From a virus, in IMG/VR virus record IMGVR_UViG_3300032223_002435, positions 2,604 to 66,603 of that record: a DNA stretch of 64,000 nucleotides; one strand, given 5' to 3'. The notes under the pieces are model-generated. The model was not told the DNA's origin, ran no database searches, and saw only the letters and a list, made by a program, of their open reading frames with translations. Made by a program: the position numbers and the translations under genes. Below are positions 1 to 8,039 of the stretch, one piece after another (within the stretch, counting starts at the first letter, position 1; every line of letters begins with the position of its first letter).

Positions 1-58
1 GGACGCCGCATCCTCAAATTCACCATTCAAACTGGACCCAAACGCTGAACAATAAATT

Positions 59-289
59 ATGAAAAAAGAATCAATAATCGTATCCCACGAGGGATGGTTT
101 CTCTTTTGTCCAGTGTACTGGTCAGAAGATCAAGATGAGGCTATCGCGAAATATGGCCTCTGGTGGCTTTTCGACCTAGCCCTCGATCTTCAGCAAATGC
201 GCAATTGGTGTTTATCCCTTATCGGGGTGGAGGGGGGATTCCCATTTAAGCTGAAAGAGCTCCCTATCGCCAAAGTCATCACACAATGA
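59..289 (+). CDS. hypothetical phage protein
   Basis: 76-aa ATG ORF, ATGA-coupled to the next ORF. Confidence 0.6.
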   Translation: MKKESIIVSHEGWFLFCPVYWSEDQDEAIAKYGLWWLFDLALDLQQMRNWCLSLIGVEGGFPFKLKELPIAKVITQ

Positions 290-495
290 TCGCAATAGTA
301 AACGCAGGCGGTGGCTCAGGCCCCGAAGATAAAATGGGAGAGCGCAACTACGAGGTGCGCATTAATCACGAAGTAATCGCCACCTTTCGCCACAGAAGGG
401 CCGATGGGCTTACGGCTTGCCTGATCGCGGCCGCCAAGGCCGTTGAGCGCAAGAAGTGGGAAAGGGTTGACGATTTCCTCAAGGGCTATGAGTGA
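286..495 (+). CDS. hypothetical phage protein
   Basis: 69-aa ORF overlapping both neighbours in a tight operon. Confidence 0.6.
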   Translation: MIAIVNAGGGSGPEDKMGERNYEVRINHEVIATFRHRRADGLTACLIAAAKAVERKKWERVDDFLKGYE

Positions 496-706
496 TCCAA
501 TCAACCCCACCCACTACACTTCCCCTGGCGCGCAGGGGGTGGAGCTGATCGACTTCATCAACCACCTGAACTACAGCAGGGGAAATGCCATCAAGTATAT
601 TTTTCGGGCCGGAAGGAAGGACCCTCTAAAGGAGCTGGAGGATTTGAAAAAAGCGCAATGGCTCATCAATCGAGAGATTGAAAAACTATCTTCGAGAACA
701 GCGTGA
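488..706 (+). CDS. DUF3310-family phage protein
   Basis: MSDPINPTHY...GNAIKYIFRAGRK...EDLKKAQW signature; ATG at 488 lies 21 nt after TTGAC at 467. Confidence 0.85.
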   Translation: MSDPINPTHYTSPGAQGVELIDFINHLNYSRGNAIKYIFRAGRKDPLKELEDLKKAQWLINREIEKLSSRTA

Positions 707-1062
707 AGAGGGAAAAAATGGGTACTTTTTCTTAACAAATTACTCTGTTATCCGTTCGGTGAGCAGATTATACCCGAGCGGCCATAATCCCGGCGAATTC
801 GCCATAATTGCCGATCATTTTGTCAGAAAAAGGGTATAGTTTTTCTTTCAAGAATGTTACCGATCACGCACATTCAATAAAAGTCTACGAGCAGAAACAA
901 TAATTATTCCCGACCAGTAAAGGGACATCAAGATTGTTTTAGGCGTTAGTCTAATAAATCTCTTCCTGCTTTTTGCTATAGTCTACAGGATGTATTTTTA
1001 ATACAAAAGATTACGTTTCCGGTCATCTTTTGTATGGATTTTGGCCCTAGGGAAAAAAAACC

Positions 1063-1095
1063 AAAAAAAATCCCCACCATTTATGGCGGGGATTT
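1063..1095 (-). terminator. intrinsic terminator ending the leftward early arm
   Basis: Hairpin AAATCCCC-A-CCAT-TT-ATGG-C-GGGGATTT with a plus-strand A run (U tract on the minus strand). Confidence 0.65.
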
Positions 1096-1256
1096 CGTGT
1101 TAATTATACAAGCCCGTTTTATTAACGGATAAGAAGCTGAGTGGGTGCTTTCCGAGCAAAAGAATAAAAAAGAATAAAAAAAGAATAAATAGACCCTTTT
1201 AAAATGCGTATACAGCTTTCCTTCAGGGGCTTGCGTATTCTTATATCTTTAGCTGC

Positions 1257-1439
1257 TCATGGAGCTTCCATTTTGAGCGCCACGGCCTGACATCGGGCAA
1301 CCTGTTCTGCGGTCATGTCTTCGGCCAATTCTTCAGCCAGCTTGGTAAACTCATCGGTCATGTGTTCAGGACAATATATCGCTGACCACAGCGCCTTAGT
1401 AAGAGCTTCAGCTTGGGTCATTTTTCGGATAAAAATCAA
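1257..1439 (-). CDS. hypothetical protein
   Basis: 60-aa ORF coupled to the upstream minus-strand ORF. Confidence 0.5.
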   Translation of the reverse strand: MIFIRKMTQAEALTKALWSAIYCPEHMTDEFTKLAEELAEDMTAEQVARCQAVALKMEAP

Positions 1440-1882
1440 ATCCAGTATAACGGCGTAGATCCTTCCTGCATTGCTGCCGACGGAAAGATTATTGAGTATG
1501 GCCGTTGTGCCTTCATCGTTCCGGCCGCGTCGCTCGCTGCCACTTTTTTCTCACACCACGCAAGGAATGCCCTGTCGTTTTTGGATTCTTCAGTAGGATT
1601 TGAGTTCTCGTAGTCAGGGTTGAGCGGAAAGATTCCGCGACTGATACCATCGGCCAGGGCATCGCTGACGCACACCGGGATGGGGACGGCGCATATCTCC
1701 GTGGGCAAAAAGTCGGGGTCTAGTTTTTGGGCGGGATACTTTGCTAGATCCTCTTCAATTTCTTTTCGCACGACATAGGGTGATTTGTTGGTAACGCCGC
1801 AAGCCTCCATCAATTTCGGAAGAATCTCATTAAGGATTGATTCATTGGGCATGGGGCTGGTGTTTTCATTTGTGGTGGTCAT
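1436..1882 (-). CDS. hypothetical protein
   Basis: 148-aa ORF, ATGA-coupled to the helicase stop. Confidence 0.6.
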   Translation of the reverse strand: MTTTNENTSPMPNESILNEILPKLMEACGVTNKSPYVVRKEIEEDLAKYPAQKLDPDFLPTEICAVPIPVCVSDALADGISRGIFPLNPDYENSNPTEESKNDRAFLAWCEKKVAASDAAGTMKAQRPYSIIFPSAAMQEGSTPLYWI

Positions 1883-3819
1883 GGGCGCCTCTTCTTCAGT
1901 TTGGTGGTTATGTTCTTGAGAGTGAGTGATGTCGGTTTCTTATAGGTGCCAGCCTTGTAGTGCTTGCGGAGGATATTAACAGTGACTTGAGTGGGCGACG
2001 GGATCTTGAGCGTGGCGATGGCGTGATCGCGATCCTTGGGGTCGCCGGCATTCCGGTGCTCGTCATACTGGCCTTGGGCAACCCGCATCTTGCGGTGACC
2101 TGCGGCATCCCATAGGTTGAGTATGCGTTCTTCATCGGTGGTGATGGCTCTCGGATCGAATGTCTTGATTGTTTCTTCCAACAGCTTCTCAAAGTCAATC
2201 TCGGCCTCGGGCTCATGAAGCATGCGATCAATAGCCATTGCAGCCGATCCTGACTTCTCGGCAAAGATTTCATGAAGGCGCTCGTCGATTGATCCGGCCA
2301 TGATGACGGGATAGATGGTGACAGGGTGCTTGGATGTCAGTCGCCAGACGCGATGGATGAACTGCTCGTTCTCATCGTAGGCATAGGTGAGGCCAGGGAG
2401 AATGAGGTCGGAACAATTCTCGAACGAATGCCCCTCCCCCATGGCCTTGATGCCGGCGACAAGAACAGAGTGATCGCCACGCTTGAACTGCTGGGCAAGC
2501 TCGCCGCGTGCGACGGGATCAGTATCGCCATCGAGGACTACGGAGGATACGCCGGCAGCCTTGAGGAATGAATCGAGGCGGTCAGAAAAATCGCGGAACG
2601 GAGACCCGACGATGACTTGCTTGCCTTCCCCTAGCCTCGCTCGGATGATTTCGAGGACAGCCTCCATCTTGGGAGTATAAGATGTCCATGACTTGCGCGG
2701 ACCCTTGACCCCTGTGATGGACTCGGAGAGCGTATTGCTGTCTGGGCACAATGCCGCGTATCGAAGCATCGTAAGTTGAACGCCGATCTGCACGCGCCTG
2801 TGCATGGCTTTCTTGCTTTTGCGCCCTACGACGGGCGGATTGTTGAGGTGGTATTGATAGACTGCCTGTTGGGCTGTTCCGGGCTTTACGATGGTTGGCT
2901 TCATGATTTTTGTCACAATATCCTCGCCGCAATCCTGCTTGCGTCGGCGAATAACGACGGGGGCTAGTGTTTTCCACAACTTTTGTACTGAACAAAGTCG
3001 ATTGGAACGACGGGTTGTATTATACGGCTTTCGGCCTTTGGCGGCCATGTTTTCTTCTCGAGTGATAAATCGCTCCGACTGCAGGAATGTCGTGGCGAAT
3101 CGTTCACGCTCGGCCTCCGTCGGCTTGAAGGGCCAACGCTTTCCACCCGCCCAAGAAGCGAGCCAGAAAATAGAATCTAGCCTATTCTTAACCGGAGTGC
3201 CGGTGAGAACGAGGCGCGATGCTGGGTTGAGCAGGCGAACCGAGGAACCGATACGACTCTCCGTGGCTTGGAGTCGGGTGCCCTCGTCGACTACGACGCA
3301 ATCGAAGGAATTGTAGGCTTGAATTACTCGGGCTAGGGTCGGCGCCCAAATACAAGTGATGCCGTGTTGGGTTTCGCCTACATTCTCATCGTCATGCTTG
3401 AGACCGAAAGCCTTGGATTGAGCCTTGCGGCGAGACTTGAGCGTTTTGGATATGCGAGCAGCGCCAGGGCGGCCAAATCCAATAGGCCATTCGTCACCAC
3501 CGTTGAGACCAAGAGCCGTGTAGGAGATGACATAGAACTTGGGTGAACCAACGTGGGGGCGGTGAAGCCCAAACTGGTAGAACTCCTCTGGCGTATTGAT
3601 CTGACGTAGCGACTTCTTGAAAAACTTGGCCGCGCTGATTTGAAGCTGTTTGTGTAGCGATCCAGGGGCGACGATGAGCGTGCGCTTGGACTGGCGAGCG
3701 AGGGGGTAGGCAATGGCGGCAAGGCTTTTGCCAAGCCCTTGCTCCCAAGCGAGGATACAGCCATCGTGAAGCGCGGCGCGGGAGAGATCTTCGATTTGAA
3801 ATGGTTTAAGTAATGTCAT
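1879..3819 (-). CDS. SNF2-family (SF2) helicase/ATPase
   Basis: Walker A EQGLGKS, VVVDE, LTGTPVKN, GEGHSF and QFIHRVWRL (motif VI-like). Confidence 0.9.
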   Translation of the reverse strand: MTLLKPFQIEDLSRAALHDGCILAWEQGLGKSLAAIAYPLARQSKRTLIVAPGSLHKQLQISAAKFFKKSLRQINTPEEFYQFGLHRPHVGSPKFYVISYTALGLNGGDEWPIGFGRPGAARISKTLKSRRKAQSKAFGLKHDDENVGETQHGITCIWAPTLARVIQAYNSFDCVVVDEGTRLQATESRIGSSVRLLNPASRLVLTGTPVKNRLDSIFWLASWAGGKRWPFKPTEAERERFATTFLQSERFITREENMAAKGRKPYNTTRRSNRLCSVQKLWKTLAPVVIRRRKQDCGEDIVTKIMKPTIVKPGTAQQAVYQYHLNNPPVVGRKSKKAMHRRVQIGVQLTMLRYAALCPDSNTLSESITGVKGPRKSWTSYTPKMEAVLEIIRARLGEGKQVIVGSPFRDFSDRLDSFLKAAGVSSVVLDGDTDPVARGELAQQFKRGDHSVLVAGIKAMGEGHSFENCSDLILPGLTYAYDENEQFIHRVWRLTSKHPVTIYPVIMAGSIDERLHEIFAEKSGSAAMAIDRMLHEPEAEIDFEKLLEETIKTFDPRAITTDEERILNLWDAAGHRKMRVAQGQYDEHRNAGDPKDRDHAIATLKIPSPTQVTVNILRKHYKAGTYKKPTSLTLKNITTKLKKRRP

Positions 3820-3890
3820 TCAGTTCGTGGTACAAATCTAAACGCAAATTATGCGTTAGGCGTATAAAGGTATCGAATTCGACGGGTTTA

Positions 3891-4070
3891 TCACCTTTCG
3901 GGTATAATCCCCAGACTCTCAGCTCGGCGTTGGGCTCGTGCCCTTTCTATATGAAGAGACTTCCTATTTTGCCCTCTGGCACCAGTGCATGGAGAAAATG
4001 GTGGCGCACCGCATTGGGGGCAAAACCCCTCATCCACATCTTCCTCATTTCCTGATTTGGAGTCTTTCAT
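3891..4070 (-). CDS. small Cys/His zinc-finger protein (59 aa, below ORF-track cutoff)
   Basis: Manual translation MKDSKSGNEEDVDEGFCPQCGAPPFSPCTGARGQNRKSLHIERARAQ...; ATG directly follows the upstream stop. Confidence 0.7.
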   Translation of the reverse strand: MKDSKSGNEEDVDEGFCPQCGAPPFSPCTGARGQNRKSLHIERARAQRRAESLGIIPER

Positions 4071-4958
4071 TTAGGCGAAGCAGATGTCTTTAATAAAGGT
4101 TTGCCAGTTATCAATGTCTTCTTTGAAAAGGGGCTGGGTTGGCGTTTGGGTAATGACGGAATCAATTTCTTCATTGGTGAGTAGGTGTTCAGTACGGATG
4201 TAGTCAGTCATGCGACCGGAGCGAGTTTTGGTGGACGATCTCCATAATCCCTCGACTGACTTGAGGTGTGGGTGTGCCCGACTCTCAATCATCACGATTT
4301 TCTTGAGTAATTCCTTACCCATGGAGTGAAGTTCGTGAGGCTTGGTAGCTGGGCAAAAGTAACAAGCTGACTTTGCTGGCACCGGTATGCCTTCGGCGGC
4401 GATGACGGCCTTGCATTTCTCTCGATCCCACCCCCACTCGATGAGGGGGTACTCATAGGAATACAGGGGATCCTCTAGGGAGCCGGCGTGATTGCGTCGA
4501 CGCATATCGGCTGCGCCCGCATCGTAGCCGATCATTTTGCGAACCTTGCCGCCAGCAGACCAGCACTCCAGAGCAGGCTTCCAAGACTTCGCCCATTTAT
4601 CCTGGGGCTGGATCTTCCATTTTTGAGAACAACTCTTAAATCCGAATGCAAGGCTCGGGAGAGTCGAGTTAGTGAGGAGGTTTTCTTCAAGGGATGAGTA
4701 AGGGGGCCAATTCTTAAAGTTCTTCGGTTCATATCGAACCGTGGTCAAGGCAGGAAACCCTACTTTCTTGAGCCAATCTTCAATCACTGCACCATATGCG
4801 TAGGTATCCGGTTTTTCTGATCCAACATCGGCAAATACAATGGCATCCGGGCGATCACCGCGATTCTTTAGGCCGACCAAGAGCGCGGTCGAATCCACCC
4901 CCATCCCATAGGCCACCATGAGGGGTGGGGTTACTTGGAATGGAAGTTGTTCCGTCAC
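4071..4958 (-). CDS. PAPS-reductase-like (adenine nucleotide alpha-hydrolase/PP-loop) protein
   Basis: VAYGMGVDST PP-loop, FADVGSE, CSQKWK, YPLIEWGW, KSACYFCP. Confidence 0.85.
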   Translation of the reverse strand: MTEQLPFQVTPPLMVAYGMGVDSTALLVGLKNRGDRPDAIVFADVGSEKPDTYAYGAVIEDWLKKVGFPALTTVRYEPKNFKNWPPYSSLEENLLTNSTLPSLAFGFKSCSQKWKIQPQDKWAKSWKPALECWSAGGKVRKMIGYDAGAADMRRRNHAGSLEDPLYSYEYPLIEWGWDREKCKAVIAAEGIPVPAKSACYFCPATKPHELHSMGKELLKKIVMIESRAHPHLKSVEGLWRSSTKTRSGRMTDYIRTEHLLTNEEIDSVITQTPTQPLFKEDIDNWQTFIKDICFA

Positions 4959-5233
4959 GTGGCCTTGGCAATCACGCCCGTCAGGAAAGCATAATCTTCT
5001 TGCTCGATGTCGTCGTCGCTATCTCCCTCCATGTAGTGTTTTGCAATTTTCAACGCCTCCAACATTTCAGGTGCAGCAGCAATAAGTCGCGCATTGGCTT
5101 CCGCTTCCTCGTCCGTGTCTCCAAAAGATAAAGCTACCCCGGATACTTCCCCCTCCGGCTGGATTTTTCTTTGATTTTGCTCCGGCCAATTTGGGCAGAT
5201 TTCCCAAGGGCCAGGCGTGTATTGTGTGGTCAT
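4955..5233 (-). CDS. conserved phage hypothetical protein
   Basis: TPGPW...ANARLIAAAPEMLEAL, a common phage early-protein signature. Confidence 0.75.
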   Translation of the reverse strand: MTTQYTPGPWEICPNWPEQNQRKIQPEGEVSGVALSFGDTDEEAEANARLIAAAPEMLEALKIAKHYMEGDSDDDIEQEDYAFLTGVIAKAT

Positions 5234-5318
5234 AAAAACGAAAATTCAAATTGATCGACACGACTCCATCTCTTGAGAGCCTCAATCATGGAACATAATT
5301 GACACAAGGGTTAGTAGT

Positions 5319-6044
5319 ATGACTTTCCTTGATCGACTTGAGGCTCTTACGGAATTCGCGATGCGTCTTTCGGTGGCAAAAAACTTTCTAAAGGAAGTGA
5401 AATCGGATCCGATGGTTAAGCCATTCTTGGTAAATGGAAAAATTAACAGGGCTTCTCAAAGTGCATTTGGAATTCCGGGACGCCCTAAAAAAAATGAGCT
5501 TGGCCCAGGCATTCACATCGTTCGCAGCCAAGACCCTCTATACGACTTGGCTCATGAATACGGACACGCACAAGATTCTTCCAGCCTCATTCATGCAAGA
5601 AAGCAGAAACAAAAGATTTCAGCCGCAATGACCAGCGCAAGGAAAGATATCGAAGATGCAGCCAGCAATTATCAATACTCGCGCATTCCGGATATCATCA
5701 AGAAGCACGGAGTCAATCCGAAGAAGGCCTATGACTCCGATGGCGATTTGTCGCTAGGACGAATTTACAAGCAGATAGATAGAATTACCTACTCCAGAAG
5801 GTTAACTGGGGAACGGGTTGCTACGCGAAATGGAGCCGAAGCATTGCAACGCGCTGGGGCGAACAATGGAGAACTTGGTGAATATTTTAGATCTATACGG
5901 GAAGGCGAGCTGCCCAAGCACCCATCTTTTGCGTTAATGCACCCGACATACGAAGCTGCATACGAATCAAAAAAGATAGAAGATCCCAAGCTCCGCATGG
6001 GTGGAGACAAGCCAATGCGCCGAAAGTATATTCTTCCAGGTTAG
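5319..6044 (+). CDS. orphan late-type protein with HExxH metallopeptidase-like motif and cargo-linker N-terminus
   Basis: Only substantial + strand gene in the minus arm; LAHEYGH; begins MTFLDRLEALTEFA; TTGAC 20 nt upstream. Confidence 0.75.
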   Translation: MTFLDRLEALTEFAMRLSVAKNFLKEVKSDPMVKPFLVNGKINRASQSAFGIPGRPKKNELGPGIHIVRSQDPLYDLAHEYGHAQDSSSLIHARKQKQKISAAMTSARKDIEDAASNYQYSRIPDIIKKHGVNPKKAYDSDGDLSLGRIYKQIDRITYSRRLTGERVATRNGAEALQRAGANNGELGEYFRSIREGELPKHPSFALMHPTYEAAYESKKIEDPKLRMGGDKPMRRKYILPG

Positions 6045-6244
6045 GCTATGATCGAGTTGAGATCCTGGATCTTGCCTCGCATGGAGCTTAATTGCTTATT
6101 CGCAATCTCGTGCTGTCGCCCTAACTCAAACGCATGGCGGAATCGCTCCATGGCGTCGATCGCGCCATTGCCGTCGGGGCCAAGGTAGCGGATGCCTTCA
6201 GTTTTCCAAGCCTGCTTCCACAGGGGATCTTGATCGTCACTCAT
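6041..6244 (-). CDS. hypothetical protein
   Basis: 67-aa ORF in the coupled minus-strand operon. Confidence 0.55.
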   Translation of the reverse strand: MSDDQDPLWKQAWKTEGIRYLGPDGNGAIDAMERFRHAFELGRQHEIANKQLSSMRGKIQDLNSIIA

Positions 6245-6500
6245 GCTCCTTGGGGTTTATGACAACTTCCTCGATCACAAACTCGGCGTCAGGAATATGC
6301 TGGTGGGTCACATAATCGAACATATCAGGCGGAAGGCGTGTTGGCTCCTTGGAACATTTCTCACACAGGTAGTAGATGCCGGAGTCGCCGATATCGACGG
6401 GCTTATCCAGTAATCGAACGCAGTTCTGATTGGGGTTTTCGTTGAGGTGAGCACAGATCATGTATTGATCCGTGTAGGGGTTTACTTTCAGTTTCTTCAT
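6237..6500 (-). CDS. hypothetical protein with CxH/CxxC, possibly metal-binding
   Basis: Start trimmed to MKKLKV (ATG overlapping the ligase stop); CAH...CEKC. Confidence 0.55.
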   Translation of the reverse strand: MKKLKVNPYTDQYMICAHLNENPNQNCVRLLDKPVDIGDSGIYYLCEKCSKEPTRLPPDMFDYVTHQHIPDAEFVIEEVVINPKEHE

Positions 6501-7054
6501 TAAAATTCCCAGCGGTGTTTGATCCAGAGGGTAGTCTCTTCGGTCGAAGAACGCAACTGGTGCGGATACGGGCTGTCTGTGCGTTTGGCTACGAATCCCT
6601 CGTAGAACTCGCAACCAAGGGTTTTGTTGATCTCCTGAAGCTCCCCCCACCCCTTCATAGCCTCATCAGAGGAGTAGTGATCGAGCACGAGATCAGGATA
6701 CTGCTCTCGCAGTGATGCGTGTCTCTCGATCCAAGGAGTCTTATCGTAAGACTCTGGAATGTAATCGAGAACATAGAGCTTTCCCCTCTCAATGTTGTGG
6801 CGACGAGCAAGGCCCTCGCAATCAAGCCACTCCCAAGGAGAGGAGGACAGGGCTGCTATGGAATCTTCAAACTCGTGCGTGATGGACATTAGTTTTCCGT
6901 GGCGATTAAATACATCGCCGGTCTTGGTGTTCACAATGGCACGCCAGCCATTGATCTTGGGTTCGTAAATCCACTCGCCACGCTTGGGGCGGGCGCGATC
7001 TAGCGGGCCTCCGTTAATTGGGCGCAGGGGGTATGTCGGAATTGTTAAAATCAC
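6500..7054 (-). CDS. ATP-dependent DNA ligase-like nucleotidyltransferase, adenylation domain only
   Basis: Motif I EPKINGWR, LDCE, YVLD, YEGFVAK, terminal WIKHR; GTG at 7054 overlaps the upstream TGA. Confidence 0.8.
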   Translation of the reverse strand: MILTIPTYPLRPINGGPLDRARPKRGEWIYEPKINGWRAIVNTKTGDVFNRHGKLMSITHEFEDSIAALSSSPWEWLDCEGLARRHNIERGKLYVLDYIPESYDKTPWIERHASLREQYPDLVLDHYSSDEAMKGWGELQEINKTLGCEFYEGFVAKRTDSPYPHQLRSSTEETTLWIKHRWEF

Positions 7055-7245
7055 ACTGCTTCTATCTTCAAGTGGCCGCACCCATTGCCTTCTGGATCAC
7101 AATCGACCCACACATAAAAAGTAGTTTCATCTTTAGTGGCTACAAAGCCAAACGAATCGGACTCCTCATCTAGTAATGATGATGTTATTTTTGCTCCTAT
7201 AAGATTTTTTTGAATCTCTTCTGACATATAAGTTGAATGGTTCAT
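7051..7245 (-). CDS. hypothetical protein
   Basis: 64-aa ORF ending ...DPEGNGCGHL, coupled to the ligase. Confidence 0.6.
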   Translation of the reverse strand: MNHSTYMSEEIQKNLIGAKITSSLLDEESDSFGFVATKDETTFYVWVDCDPEGNGCGHLKIEAV

Positions 7246-7252
7246 GGTGTTT

Positions 7253-7447
7253 TTATGGTGTTGTTATGGTTTTACCGATTTTTTGCTGACGGAGATATTC
7301 ATCGACTACCAATCGGAATTTTACATCCAGATCCTCGATGGCTTGAGCCGATACTCGGGTGAACTTGGAGCCTGACCCAGGGTTCACGCGAACGATGCGG
7401 TCGAGGAGGTGTTTTTTGAGAGCGGAATTGTTGAAGAGGTTACTCAT
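7253..7447 (-). CDS. candidate prokaryotic/phage histone-fold protein
   Basis: 64 aa: LFNNSALKK (helix 1), TRVSAQAIEDL (L1/helix 2), GKTI (L2). Confidence 0.55.
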   Translation of the reverse strand: MSNLFNNSALKKHLLDRIVRVNPGSGSKFTRVSAQAIEDLDVKFRLVVDEYLRQQKIGKTITTP

Positions 7448-7787
7448 TGGAGATGTACGCAAGCATGGTTGGTTTCAGCAGTTTTTGATAAATTCGCAAC
7501 AGAACTTCATACCGAGCCGACTCTTTCTTGGATGGATTATTGTCCATTTCATGCTGCTGAAGCTCTACATCCAGGACGGATGAAAGCTCCACGAGTTCTT
7601 TGGCGTTTAGTTCTAGATCACAAATCTTGCTCATAGTTTTTAGGGTCGTATCCGTTAACAATTAGGTAGGAAGCAAAGATGTCATTCATCTCTGCTTCTA
7701 GTTTTTTGGCTGGCAACTCTTCTCCGCCGGTTTCGTCACGATAGTAGGCCTCGGCAGACCTGCGAATGGATTGTATAACTTTAATTT

Positions 7788-8039
7788 TCATTTTGACCTA
7801 ATCTCAACGCTCACCCACTCGTCGCAAGTATCGCCGGTCACATAAAGATTAGGATAGGCTTCCTTGAGGATCTTGATAATGCGACGGGCCTCGATGATGT
7901 CTTTATCACCAGGGCACTCTCCCCCGACATCTCCGTGATCTCTGGTGCTTATCGAGATAAGGTCAGAACAAACGCAGTCTTCATCAAACCAAGTTGACCC
8001 AATGGTTTTATTGATTTGGCTGATCGTGGGTAGGCTCAT
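7788..8039 (-). CDS. hypothetical protein
   Basis: 83-aa ORF coupled to the ParB stop. Confidence 0.55.
   Translation of the reverse strand: MSLPTISQINKTIGSTWFDEDCVCSDLISISTRDHGDVGGECPGDKDIIEARRIIKILKEAYPNLYVTGDTCDEWVSVEIRSK

Noticed and set aside
707-1256. ncRNA or gene in the AT-rich convergence gap
   Set aside because: Only a terminator, A-runs and a short GGCGAATTCGCC palindrome; nothing further supportable
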